Of a DNA stretch of 64,000 nucleotides, positions 28,060 to 41,833 are shown in pieces; the stretch's first letter is position 1; each line of letters opens with the position of its first letter. The stretch is from assembly GCA_964304625.1 (NCBI GenBank), contig OZ199839.1:8878328-8942327 (forward strand). The letters run 5' to 3'. A program made the translations under genes and the position numbers. The DNA is from Kudoa neothunni. Taxonomy: Eukaryota > Animalia > Cnidaria. The notes beneath the pieces are model-generated. The model saw only the letters and a list, made by a program, of their open reading frames with translations. It was not told where the DNA came from and ran no database searches.

Positions 28060-29850
28060 TTATTTCATTGAGAAGTAGACTGTGTTGTTAACAACTCGTC
28101 TGGTGAATTTACATTTTTTCATGGCATCTCCCACCAATTTGACAAGAAGGTTTCTTGGTACATTAGCAGGAAGGCCATCGGTGACTTTTTGCATGAGTTC
28201 AGCAGAGGTGATGGAGTTGCCTTTGAGTGAAGCAGTAACCAATCGATGAACCTTTTTTTCAAGGTCAAACTTCTAAGATAAGTAGATTTCAATCTCATTG
28301 GAAAAGTGGGGAAAGTACCGATGATTTCGAATCGGAGGAAGACTGTTTATCAAGCACATTATTATTTTGTTGGGGAGCATTGGTATCAATAGAGGAGGAC
28401 TTGGACAAGTTGGAATCCGACATCATCATATTTTCCAATTCAGGATTTGGATAATCACTGACACCAACACCAAGAGGTGGCAGTGCCAAATTAGAGTAGG
28501 TATTTTCAAGAGATTCAAAATCATCATCATCATCATCATCGTCGTCATCATCATTTTCACCGAAAGAATTCTCATCACCTTCATCATCACTAATTTTGAT
28601 AGCAAGATTGTTAACAATATATAGCAACACGTCAGATCTACCTATCATTCATTGGTCGTTTACGAGATTGAGTTTTTTTGGTAGCGTTGGATTTGGTGGG
28701 GTCGTCGTTGTTGTCTGAATCTTCACTGACATCATGAAACGCATCCTCGGAGTCTTCATTGTCAGCTCCATATTTGTTTTCACCGGAAAGTGCTGCATTT
28801 AGGTCATCATCAGGTATTTTATCAGGTTCTTGATCATTTTGATTGAATGCGGCGACATCGCTACCTGTTATAAATTATTGGTTATTTACTAATGTAAAGG
28901 TGTTGTTGACAAGCAAACACAACTACCAGAAGAATCAGACATATAATCAACTTCCATAGATTCAATATAATCATTATCGTCGGACATGAATTCGTTGGTT
29001 GGTTTTGGTGTTTTTGATTTTGTCTACAGTGTCAGAAACATTAGTTGACACTGTCGATCTTGAATCGAGAAATTACCCGATGATCATCATTATCTTGAAT
29101 ATCATCTTTGGAGTGTTGCTCTTTGGATGTAGATATTTGTTGGTCTCCGTTTGGGGTGAGATCATTGGGATTCATCTTCATACGAATCATTTGGCGGGTG
29201 ATAGCGTCGCGTTTGTTTCTCGCGGAAAATTCCTACACGACGACGACGACAACAACAGGCGGTGGTAAATTAGAATTAACACTACAACAAATTTTCACCT
29301 GTTCCGCTTCCTCCGCATTCAACGTTCTGTAGTTGATACAAGGCTTCATTTTGTACCAATCGCTAACGGGGAAAGCATCAAAACCACCATTATTATTACG
29401 ACTAAGTAAAAAATAGGACGAGTTTGACATCACCATTTTCTCTTCGGTCCCATTAAATCTACAGCCAGTCAATAATAACATGATATTTTCTGTCAAATGA
29501 CTTTTTAACGTTATTTTTAATTTTTAGTCTCGAAAGAATGCATGTTTCTTCTAGAACAGGTGCGGAATTTTTTTGTTGTTGTCTTCGATCAGACTTCCCC
29601 TTTGTTGGCTCGTCACCCAAACTCGATTTTTTAATTTCCTTAGAAAATCGAAACTTTTTACAAGTAGAAATGCATATTAACTATATTAGTGCCTACTTCT
29701 TCGACTGATTTCAAATCTAGAGGTACTCCAGTGCTGAATTGCATCAACGAGCAGTTATTTCTAACGGATAATATACTCTAATATCAGCAACTGCGTTTAT
29801 ACCTACTTTCTAATGTGAATGGGGATGACAGTGTTGGTGAACGGTTGCAT
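28060..29850 (-). CDS. GTF2F1: General transcription factor IIF subunit 1 (RAP74), multi-exon
   Basis: GFDAFPVSDWYKMKPCINYRTLNAEEAEQ, EVDYMSDSS, acidic linker and C-terminal winged-helix exon (ITSAELMQK...YFSMK*). Short GT-AG introns; ATG at 29850. Confidence 0.88.
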
Positions 29851-30671
29851 CTCCAATGAATTACACAAATTCTAACCAAACGAGGACGGTGTTTGATCCA
29901 CGAATCCCATCGAATATGCTCATCATGCGCTCTAGGAGTATTGTCGTCATAAGCACCGTTGATATTTTGCTTATGTGTGGTAGCGGTCGTTAGTCCACTT
30001 CTACATATCCTAATTGATCTTGAGGAACTGTCACAATCCTCCTGAAATCAATAATAATTACCTCACAGGAGGCTTATCCAGCATTTCCTTACGTTGAATT
30101 CTTATTTCTTCGTACGAAAAGTTTATTATTAAATAAAGCGCAGTGTGTCACACATTGTTACGTTAGAGTAGAAAAATGTATCATTTTAAGTTTTGAAGGA
30201 GTTAATGAATTTTGATTGAACATACGGTCAAATCTCCACAAAATCTCATATTGGATATTAGGGCTCAAAGTTGTTGATAGGGGAGATTAATTTGAGGGCG
30301 AAAACAAAACCAATATTTGGTGCTTTGAATTAGTAGGTTTTAAGCTGATAAACCACAAAATGTGCCCCATTAATATAGAGACTGCATCATTTTATGAGAA
30401 TATCATTACAAATAATTCTATAACGGTGCCGAGGCTGCTCAATTTGATTGTTGTTAAAAATTAAATTTCAACGTTGACATTACTTTTCATATGGAGTTAC
30501 TCTAAGAATAGAAATGCACATATTTTTTTGACTGACAAAGTTAGTGCGGTGTTACATAAACAGCTTTAAACGATCTTTGAACGTGCAACCTTAATCTGAT
30601 CGTTACCAAACACCTGGTTACAAATTAACAAATCAACTGTGATTCCTGGTGATCTAGCAAATTGGATTATT

Positions 30672-33408
30672 ATGAATAATCCATTCGTCGACGACACCAG
30701 CGAATTACCAACAGCAACGCTGTTTAACTCAAATTTTCAAATGGCGGAAAGTAGCAGTTTATCAGCTGCTACCAAAACAACTCGACCCAGCATCAGTCAA
30801 GGCAGTGCTCGGTGGCGAAGAATGTATCGAAGAAATTCAGAGGCATTTAAAGTATTTTAAAAGATTCTACATTTAATATTTAATACATTGAATGTGAAAC
30901 TATTTTATTTTTGGAAAGGGGTCGATTCTCATACTTATCATTTAAATTTTAGGAAGTTAGAAGTCAATGTCAAACCAACTTTCAACTACAACGAAATGTA
31001 TCTATTCTAATATAATATTGTTTTATATTTTTAAATTTGGATTGTTCATTATTCGCAGAATAAACGAAATCAACTGCTGTGTGAGAAAAGAAACGCTGAA
31101 TTGAACAATATCAAATTTGGTGAACCCAGCTCAGGCCCCTCAGACAATAATAACTATGGTGCGAATAACCGTAATGATAAGGTGTGAATAATAATCTTTT
31201 ATTGGCTCGATCAGACACACATTACCTGTAAATATAGAACAAATCTTTTCAACAACCGGCTTACCAAAGCTCTTTGCCTAACGCCAACGATAGTGCGGAT
31301 GTATTGGTGTTCTGTTTCAAAGTCTCTTATTCCTCATACTTACTGTAAATGTGTATTTTTTGGGTATTAGTCAATTAAAAATTCGAAAAATGAAGATGAA
31401 TTATTCCATATCCTCCAACAAATGATGTACGTGTAGATTGTGTAAATCTATGATTAATGTGAAGTTTATGTTTAGTTCTCATGGCATTCTTGATGACGAA
31501 AATTCGTTAAATGATGAAAGGATCCTTTTAGAGTGAGATAGACGGCCGAGTTGTTTGAAATATATCGATTTAGCACAGAAATTATTGTTTTCCTGACGAA
31601 AGTTTTGGAAAATATCAACAGGTTATTTGTTCGTCTTATTATATTCCGCTTCTATTCCACATCTTTAGGAATGATATTATTCTGTATGTGTTATGTGTGC
31701 TGAAAAAATTGATTGTGTCGTGTGATATTTTCACCAAATACATGCTCTCTTCTAGTAAAATATCTCTGATGCATATTACGCTTATCTTACTATAGCCTTA
31801 CCGAAGAAACTTATTGGGCTTCTTCACAATTCCAATATGACTATTGTTGAAGTTGTGGTTGTTGTTATTGGGAATCTAATGAGTAATTATTGTTATATAA
31901 CCTGTTGACACCATGAATTGGTAATGATCTGAATATTTTTTAGTGCGAAATGTCGACTATAGAAATATGCTTATCACCAGCGAAGAAACTATACATGTGC
32001 TAACCTCTATAAATCGCAATGAAGCTAGTGTAAATATTAGAAATGGTGTTGTGATCGGTTTGACTGATTTTTATAGCACAATCACATTAAACAAGTGCTC
32101 TGGATATGCTGCTCGTTGTGTAGTTGCAGAAAAAATCCACCCGTCTTAGAAGTTTACAAAAAGGTAATTTGTATGTCTTTGAAGAATAAATTTTTATTTT
32201 ATCACGTCAGATTGTGTCTATTATTTCGTTCGCTTTGGATTACAACGTTGAAGTAATTTATTGAGATGATTATTTTTTTCTAAAAAGTTTCAGTTGGCCA
32301 GTTATGCTCTATTAGCCGTTTCTTATATGGTGGCTCTTGGTGGAACTTATTTGGATGTGATCATTTGTAAGTTGTGAGTTTCTCTTATATTTTTATAGTT
32401 GGTGATTCAACGCAATTGTATCATTCGAGCAATGGAATGGCTTCAATCAGGAGAGAAACAACTTGAGGTTGATCATTGTGTTAATTTACGACTCACTTGT
32501 GAGCCCATCCCGAATTTAAATTTAGATTCAAGCGCTTCACGTAATGGGAGAGTTGGTAGCTGACGAAGAAAAATATGTAAAGGTAACATCATTGATATAG
32601 TGAACCTGCCCTACATCTGCAATTAGTATGCCATCGATATCAGACTACTCGACGAAATTTGCTTTCGAATCGACTATGATGATTTTTACATTATAGAGGT
32701 GGTTTTAATTTAGGGTTTGCGTTTTTATTAGAATTTTAAAGTCGTTGTTTTTTATTATCTCCAATTTGGCTGACACCAACCCACTCTACATCCAGCTGAT
32801 GATTAATACTGGAATTATTGAAGCTACTTTCGACGTTATGGACAAATTTGTTGATAGAATACCAAATCTAATTTCATGGACTGTATGCAATTTTTTTACC
32901 AGAGCCCAGCCCAGACAGGTACACATTTTATTTTGTTTATTCTGATATTTAAGTGTTCGAGACTACTTATATGTATGCGTTGATTGATGTATAGGCCAAA
33001 CTATTCATCAATGAAAGTTGCTTGAACAAAATCTCACAGCTTCTTACACTCGATAATGTACCGGTAAAAGTGTGCGCGTTAAACACTATTATTTCTATAC
33101 TTGAAGTAATTGAATGACTTTAAACTAAAAAGTTGACTCTTTCGTCTACCCAACCATGTTAATTTAGGTAGCCAAGGGGCTTGATATCATTTCCGAGGTG
33201 GACGCACTTTTAGGTAAAACGAATATGTTGAAACTCATCGAAAACTGCCAACATCACCCAGATCATAATATTTATTTACTAAGTCGTGAAATAATTGAAA
33301 AGTAATCATTGTCTTGTTGTGTACTTTGGATATGAATTTCTCATTTTTAGTTTCTGTTCATGGGACTCCACAGAAATGGTCCGATACGATCTCGCGATAT
33401 CACAATAA
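30672..33408 (+). CDS. Highly divergent importin-alpha (karyopherin alpha), many short introns
   Basis: IBB-like NKRNQLLCEKRN. ARM repeats LPKKLIGLLHNSNMTIVEVVVVVIGNL, QIQALHVMGEL, FFIISNLADTNPLYIQLMINTGII, ISWTVCNF. C-terminal KLIENCQHHPDHNIYLLSREIIE motif. Confidence 0.78.
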
Positions 33409-35233
33409 TTTTTATGTTATTTTCACTGTTTTATTTGTTGTTTACTTCTATTCTTTCGCTCATAATAATATCTATCCACATATTTATATTGAATTAATAA
33501 TTTTACGATGTAAATTAGCACAAATTCAACTGTATTCTTTTATTAATTTATGTTATTGACAAGATTAAGGTTTTTTAGTTTACTTCTTCAAATAAACAGA
33601 ATATAATAAATGGGCGGCAAATCGCAACTCATTGTTTATTTATCAGTCCATAGTTACTTCGCTGGATTATACAGATTTTATTATATACGATGTTGCGTGT
33701 TAACTTTTTATGTAGTTGAAAAATTTGCACCTTCCAAATAAAAATTAAAAATGTGATGGGAATCTACCCCAATTTTTTATTCGGCAAAATTGTCTCAAAT
33801 AAAAGTTAGCATTGACTGACAAAATATGAGGAAAATTTATTGGGTAAATTTTGAACAAATGACCAATTATTAAAGTTATATTCTATATTCTATATGCGCA
33901 TGCGCACACAGTTTTGTTGTTACGTTTCTTTGGAGCATGATTGTGTTGATAGGTGTATTTTTTAATTTTAACATTTAATTCAAGTTTAATAACAGCCGCC
34001 AATTAATTTCTCCCATTTTAAACAACGCAATGTAATACTGCGCAGCAAAAGACAAAATGATGTCAAACAATACTTATTTCATATTAAAGTTTTCATACGC
34101 GTTTTTAAACTCTTTCTAAACACAAAAATTGTCAAATTGTTGAAAAATTATATCATGGTTTTTTGAATGCTCTCTACAACGCAGAACTAAGTCAACTGAA
34201 TAAGACTCATCATGTTTTGAATAACTAGTATAAGAATAACGAGAGAATAAGGAGTTACCGATGTATTCAAGAGAGAAAAACATGCTTATATTAATTTGGC
34301 GCGTGCGCGTTGTTATCACATGTATAGTGTTTCGTTATTTATTCATTATTTACTAGATAGATTGTCCGTAAATTTTCAAAAATGACATTTATTAATATTT
34401 TAAATAATTTTATGAATCCGTATTTAGTAATTAATTAATTAACGACTACTTTACGTAATGTATATTGAGTTACATGTAAAGTAGTATAAATAATTTTCCT
34501 CTCCAAATATTCCATTATGGTTAAATAGCTTAAATATATATATTTTTACATGTACGAAAACTAACTTTTTCCAATATATACGTAGAAACAACACAATCCG
34601 AATCATCGTGCACAATCGGAGGATATCGGGTCTGCAGTATTATTAGATTTTTTCCTTATTCATTCGATAGAATTATTTTATATTAAACAATATAGGTAAA
34701 TACGATTTTATAAACTTAAATAAACAATAAAAAGTGTGGTTCATCGGACACCAAAACGACTGGGTGTATAGGCGATTTTGACGTGTTTGGTGGATTAATT
34801 GACCCAGGAATTATCCTCTTATCGTTAAAGGGTATCAACGTAATCTTGGAACCAAAATAGTTAAGAATTCACTATTTTAACCATAATTATCACTTTATTA
34901 TTCAAAATAGTAATATTTGACGTTAAATAACAAATACAAACAATTCATAGATAAAAACAGAAATGTCGATAAATATAAGGAAGACATGGTCCCAAATTTT
35001 ACAAATTCTTATGTAAATAGCATTTAAAAACTAATTTAGCATCATACTTGTATTGACCATATTTAAAATAATTGTGGAAACATCAAGTTAGTTTATAGCC
35101 GCCAATAAAAGAAAATCAGGACAAAGATCATGATTATTTTTCTGATTTCTAAGTGGATATGCAGTCGCTTGTAGAAATGACACTAGTTTTAACGGTATAA
35201 CGAAACATTGGTCCAATGTGTAAATTTATTCCG

Positions 35234-36994
35234 TTAGGGATTTCGCTTAAAGCGATAAACATAATTTGTAACACCAGTACGATTCGATTGTTCTCCTTGC
35301 TGGTTACCAGTGGTGGTGGGAGCAGTAGCAGCAGGGTTGACGTTACCATTTCCATTGGACGTTTGTTGATTTTGTTGGTTGTGCATTTCTTTCGATCCGT
35401 TTGGAGGCTGTAAGAAATAAGTTAATAAAGTAATTCACTGATCAAAAATGACAGTCTGCCAATTGTCAATGGAGACCGATTCATAAACTTACTTTTAACG
35501 TAGTTGATTGAGATGAAATATTAGAGCTGTTGGCACCATTGCTGGTTGTTGCTTCTGTAGGATGATCAAAGCAAACAATGTTTTTTCCGTGTTTCTTGAT
35601 AATATAATCCCAAACATTTGAATCATGGAGTTTGTAATCGATCCAAGGACTGAGAAGTGCTTCAACTGCTTGAGTCCTTTCAGAAGGGAGGTAATGTGTG
35701 CAGGTGTCAACCAAATCTAAAAATTCCTTTCCAAATCCAGGTTTATTCAGTAGATTCTCGAATATATTCTTTTCAGGGTATAGTTTTTGTTTGGATGTGT
35801 CGGTTGGTGGTATTAGTTTATTGGGAGACGGAATTTGAGTTGGTTTTTCAAGCAACGACTTCGGCGCACTAACAACATACATTAAACCACACTATCAACA
35901 ATAACAATAGATGAATCACGATGGAATTCCATAGGAGTCGAAAAACTTTTCTGAGTATTGAGTGGTGAGAGTAAGTGAAAGCGGAGGTATACCTTTCACT
36001 TCCAAAATAGAACCTATCTGTTCGCCCTCGTCTTTTCCTTTGAAAAGCCGTTCTCCAGTGGCCAACTCATAAAGTGTGCATCCAAAACTCCACATATCGA
36101 TGGCTTTTGACGCTCTCATCCTCAGCAGAACTTCGGGCGATCTATAGTTTAAACTTTGAAGTTCTACATTTTCAAGGTCTTCCAAAAATCTACTATCATG
36201 AAAGCCCGCAATCTAAATTAAATCAAGTATAGATGTGGTTGATATGCGATCAGCCATATGCAATGCTCATCTTGAGGACCTACCTTGATTTTGCTTTCAT
36301 CGCCAATTTCTGTCACAATTTTACCAGGTATGATGTCGCTGTGGATAACCTTTAAATCATGCATGTACATGATGGCGTGAAGAATTTGAATGGCGTAATT
36401 TTTGACTTGATCAGGAGGCAATCCATTACGATTGTTTTCCTCCTTGAGGAACGACCTAAGACTTCTTTCCCAAGGGGGGAAACTTAGACAATACACATCC
36501 TGATACAGGAAATAGGAGACCAAAGGTATGATATTGAAACAGTTGAATGGATCATTCTCTGTGAGCAGTTTTAAAATCACAATTTCTCTGGCGGCATTTC
36601 TACGATGCGAATGCAATGGCACAAACTTGGGCACAATTTTGGTATGGTTGTATCGTTTAGTTTTGTGATCGTACGTTAGAACAATAGTGCTATAATTGCC
36701 ATCGTGAATTGGTCTCATTATCTCATAGCGAAAACCCAAGTGATCGTTGAGGAAAAACTTGATATTGCTTTTTCCGATAAACTCCCTGTATGCCGTATCG
36801 GTGCGTTGAGTCAATTTGCCCATATAATAAATCTCTTCGTACTCTTTAACTTTATTGACATCCTCACGAGTCAGCAGATGACCGTGCAATTTAAGGACTC
36901 GATTCGCTGATAATGGTGTGGAACACTCTGTGTATTGAAGCTTATACACTGAGTTGGGTTCGTAGATAGCTCTATCAGATGTTGGGCTCTCCAT
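35234..36994 (-). CDS. Class-2 DYRK (DYRK2/3-like) kinase-fold protein with degenerate catalytic motifs (pseudokinase)
   Basis: NAPA-like PLSANRVLKLHGHLLT...YEEIYYMG, DHLGFRYEI, YDHK, AAREIVIL, IHSDIIPGKI, QSLNYRSPEVLL, AIDMWSFGCTLYELATG, EALLSPWI. Four exons; ORF intact. Confidence 0.88.
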
Positions 36995-39261
36995 TATCTT
37001 ATTGGATAACGTTGTCACAAGATCTCACTAGAATCCGCCTAAATATATCAACAACAAATGCCGAAAATATCTAATTAGTTAGCGTTATCTTAAAAAAGTT
37101 AATCTATATCTAGTTTATGATCTTATTTCCCCACAAGAAACCAATATTTGTATGCGATTCACTCAACAGAGAGTATGTGATTATAAAACTCACCATGTTC
37201 ACCAATAGGAATCAATGAATTTGGACGTAAAACTCCATCCATACAACAATAAAGTTATAAAAATGTTGTAAGATAATTAAATAAAGATCTATTAATAGAT
37301 ATAAACAGTTTCCATTCCTTGTGCCTAGTGACAAATGACAAATGCCAAATGCGAAAGATGAAATATTGTTTTTAGAATCTCGAACTAAACAAATATTACT
37401 GAGTTTCATTTAGAACCTGTGTATAATACATTTTAATGTAATCTACCGATGATGTGGCAGTTTTAAATACTCTTCTAAAATTATCAGACAAATTAAGCTA
37501 TTAATAAAATGTAATGAAATATGGTTAGCGTTGTTACCGTTTAAAAAGTTTATCCTATGGGCTCCACTCTGACCAGGTTCTATAAGCCTCTCCGCAAAAA
37601 AGCTACTTACACAAAATCATATTAAAAATTAAAATAATCAACCTTGCCGAAAAGTGAACAGATTAAAAGATACGAAATATTTCCGCGAAATTTTGCTATC
37701 TATCACCCTTTGAAATTAACCAATTTAATCTAAATTATGACATATAACGTTGAATAACATTAAATGACGCTTCATTGTTGAGATATTAGTTCAAAATAAC
37801 CGAGTATAAACCATGTTAATAGTAACAAGGTTGGCAGGCACCTTTGGAGGATCTACTGTTTACGAGGGCTGTTTTTGCCTTGGTGTTTAACTGTGTTAAT
37901 TGCGTTATGATCGAATAATTGCTTGGTATTAGCATCATATTCGTTGGTGGGGTGTTAAACTCTCAACTAAACTAAACACCAAACGCTGTTTTTGCTAGGG
38001 CGTTGATTGTGAAACTATACCAAAAGAATTTTTATAGCCAATAGCCAGCACCTATTAGCAGTAAGTAATCGCTGGAAATTTTTAGGGTTTTCGTGGCAAT
38101 ATTAAGCAGCTATTCTTGATGCTTAATTATTAGGCGAAATCTATCGGCAAATAACCGCAAAATTGATTTCACCACGACCGAATCAACAGCAACCTCGAAT
38201 CACCTGTAACATTTCTGAAGTGAAACTACTATTTTACAGGTATGCCTAAAAAAATAAATAATTTTGGCTGTTTGAATTTGCTTTATGGTAAATGTGCTCA
38301 AGTTCCAACCACACAACAACAACGTCTACAAAACCGATGGATGTATATAGTGTTGCATCTCTGTGATTGTTACAGTGGTTTTTGATAGATAAAGTTTTTT
38401 TCACTGCACAACATATACGGGTCTAAAATCATTACTCGTTGGTTTGAGAGTATTCCAACGGTTGAAAAAGAGAACATCGATAAACAAATAAGCTCCAGCA
38501 TTGCCTATAGAAAAAACACATGATTCCTTGCTCGTTGATGTATATTTTGTTTTTCAATTCTCCGATAAGCGCTTCATTCACATAGTTTTCCTATTGCCGA
38601 GCAATATCTCACGTCGAGCGAGACTTGGTTTTTTATCATTGGATGCAGTGCCACCGAAAATGGGGTTGATTATCTCATTGCCATCAGATACATCATTGAT
38701 GTGAGGATGCATTCTCATTTTCGTTACTTATTTTTGCTCAGATACTTTAAGCAGTTGATAGGAAAAGAATTGACTAGGCACAAACTTTCCGTAAATTTTC
38801 TAATGGTACTTTATTTGTCCATCTCTTGTTAGTTATCATTGTTTCTTCGGCTAGGTTCTGAGTATCGTGGATCGGGTTTTGGGAAATGGAGAAATTAATA
38901 TGTCCGAACGTGAAGAAATTATTGAAGAATTCAATATCATTGAACAATACACCAATTTCAACAAAAACTCCTCAAATATCTAATTTGAATCATGTTCAAC
39001 TTTAGGATATATATTTTGTGCATATTAATAATTGATTTGTCGACTATGTTTATGAATGAATCGACTTAATAGCTCTTTTCTCTGCATTCGTTTAAATTTT
39101 TGCTCTTATAATTCAAATCTTCGTTATACTTGCTACTCATCAGTGAATATTCGAATAAATTGCAGGAGTGTCAATCTCCTAGACTGCAACTGATTGTATT
39201 GTTAGTTTTCCTATTTACAAAGTCAAAACTCTGACGCAAAATATTAGATTATGGTGTGGTA

Positions 39262-39360
39262 GCTGGTTAGGTCGCTCCCATTCATTTCTAACGTCATCAC
39301 AACAAGGTTGACATCAATCCTGTTGACTCAGCAGTTTTTTAACCTGCTTAATATCCTCGT
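39262..39360 (-). mobile_element. Degenerate fragment of the shared SINE 3' tail
   Basis: gctggttaggtcgctcccattca...ttttaacctgcttaatatcctc resembles 9733-9755 and the reverse complement of gaggatgtttagagggttaaaa. Confidence 0.45.
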
Positions 39361-39395
39361 AACTAAGACAAGCACTCTTACTCTCTGTCCGAATA

Positions 39396-39834
39396 CCACG
39401 TTTCCCCGAATGTAATGTAAGACTGGTCTTATATTTTCTTTTCATTTGATAAAGGGCGCTAGGTCAGGTCTTATTTTTTTAGACACATCTTATATTTTAA
39501 CAGAAAAAGTTTCTTATTAGTTATGTAGTTCATATAACAAAATTTAAAAAAGATTTTAAATAGAAAAAATAAAATTTTTATTGAAAGAAACGCAGTGTGG
39601 AACACATAATTTGTTGAATATGTTTATCTCTTTTTAATAAATGTAGATAAAATGAAAATCGAATCCCCAAATCTACGAATCTACGCGTCAATGAGTATTT
39701 TACCTTAAAAATTGTTGCTATTATTAATTATCTTTAGAAACGGAATTTTTAAAGGACACTTTGTTATATTATTCATAATTCATAATACCCAAATTTTGAT
39801 TATTTTACTTGGGATTATATTTGGGGAAACATGG
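39396..39834. mobile_element. Tc1/mariner-pogo-type MITE (about 440 bp)
   Basis: TA|CCACGTTTCCCCGAATGTAAT ... ATTATATTTGGGGAAACATGG|TA: imperfect TIR with TA target duplication. Confidence 0.75.
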
Positions 39835-40099
39835 TAGACTTCGATTTAACAGTTTTAATGTCTGTTAGTGCGTCCTCGATGATTCATTAGTCTAATTCAA
39901 CCTCCTATGTTAGATCAAATTATAACTGTAGGTGAAATTACACATTGTAATGTAATCTCACTATAGCAACAGCTGCCAGTACGAGATATAAAGGAATTTT
40001 TGAGGAAAAAGTAGATTGTTAATCAGTGGAAGTTGAACCCAGTACTTTCGGACATTGAATCCAGCCACCACACCACTAATTTAGATTCACTATGCATTT

Positions 40100-41330
40100 C
40101 AGCGTTACCAATCCAAATCGGACATCCGGCCAAATTTTTTCTGGACAAAATTAGACAAATTAAAATGTTTTGTAAAAACCAAACCAATACTTAATTATGT
40201 GTATATATGAACATCATGTGAATTCATAATTTACTCGGAAACTTCAAAAATTGCGCCACCACTTACTTAGTTGGGTCGGGGCGGGGTGTTGAAAAATTCC
40301 CGCACACTAATAAGACCATCTAAAGTAGACCACAACATTCTAATTCTTCTGATTGTTTTTTATAGTTCCAGTAGAAGAAATTAATCTTCCCGAAAAGCGT
40401 TAATTGGATTTAGTTAAAGTAGAGATGTGTTATATTTTTTATGATGGAATGAAAAATATTTTGCTAATAAATAATGTTTAGAAATGCAACTATTGATAAT
40501 TTTGTTCCTCAAGCTGTTTTTGATTCTGTTCATTTCCTTTAATTTCAAGTAATCGTAATTACAGCCCTTCGTTGGATGTTTGCAAAAAACAACTATGCTT
40601 AGATGTGGTCTTATTTTTCTGTAAGACGATTCATTCATTAAAATTAAGAAAAATTAATCAGTTGCTATTCGACAAATGAAAAGTGTTTAGATAGATTTTA
40701 ATTTATTTAGATGTTAACTTAAATTAAAATTTTTGAAAATTGATTAACAAACACTTTTAAAGATACTAATGATAGTATATCATTGGATATCACCAAGATC
40801 TTACACTTTTTCTAAAATTCAAGCATTCAGAATTCCAACACATAGCAAGCTTTGCGATAATTCCAAATGGTCCATGGTTATGATGAAATTGTGTATCATC
40901 GCTAATAATGATAAAAAATCAAAAATATCGATCTCAACATTTTTAAAGGAGTCTATATTTTATATTTTTGATATATGTTAATTAGCCTTAATTTTTGAGT
41001 TAATAATTTTAGAGTTAATTATTAAAATGTATAGATGTGGCTTGTCTTGGATGAATTTCAATTGCAGATATTTTAATATGAAAAAAACATTGCGCAAAGT
41101 ATAAAATTATTTACTCGTTGATTTCACGTAACGAAATCCACAACGATTATATTCCCACTTTATGGGGATTTGAAATAACTTCTTAGTTTAGAAACTTAGA
41201 AATACTTTTTTACGATTATTTAATCTTTCGAATAACAAAAATGTAAAAATTGGACCACATAGGTCGCTCACAAAAAAATCGAACAATTTTGAGTTGATTT
41301 GTCCGAAATAGGACACGGTTGGCAACGCTG
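40100..41330. mobile_element. Non-autonomous hAT (Tip100-like) element
   Basis: TIR CAGCGTTACCAA / TTGGCAACGCTG; 8-bp flanks ATGCATTT / ATGCAACT (6 of 8 match); subterminal CGGACA motifs; minus-strand remnant MNRIKNSLRNKI. Confidence 0.72.
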
Positions 41331-41833
41331 ATGCAACTACACACAATCGGTTAATTTTATAGGAGGTGAATAGTCGAACTACTATAGAACAGAGGTGTAC
41401 GAACTCCGACCGTCAATTAGTTATTTTGCGGTTTATGAAGAAGATTGCAAAACTCAAAATAATATATCTCTTTTATTCCGAATTTGTATATACATTGAAG
41501 TTTTGAAACAATAATTTATTTTTTCTGAATAAATAATATTTCAATGCATCAAACTATGGCTTGCAACTCAAAATGCATGTGCACCGTTGTTATCAAAATT
41601 TTCGAATTAATCAGAGTAAGCTAAATATGACTGAAGAATTTAATAAAAAACACTCAAATATCAAATATGAACAGTTATGTCATCACATATGCCTTTTGAT
41701 AGAATTTAAAGTGAAAACATAAACAATAAGACAAAAAAGGCCCAACAACATAACACGAAATAAACAAATAACAACAGTGGTAACCAACTAGTGAATAGAT
41801 TGATTCTAAGAATATAGTAGAATGTAAGAGACG

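Noticed and set aside
40025-40080. tRNA-like sequence on the minus strand (also about 2950-3030)
   Set aside because: Only a degenerate B-box-like motif; more likely eroded SINE heads than tRNA genes.
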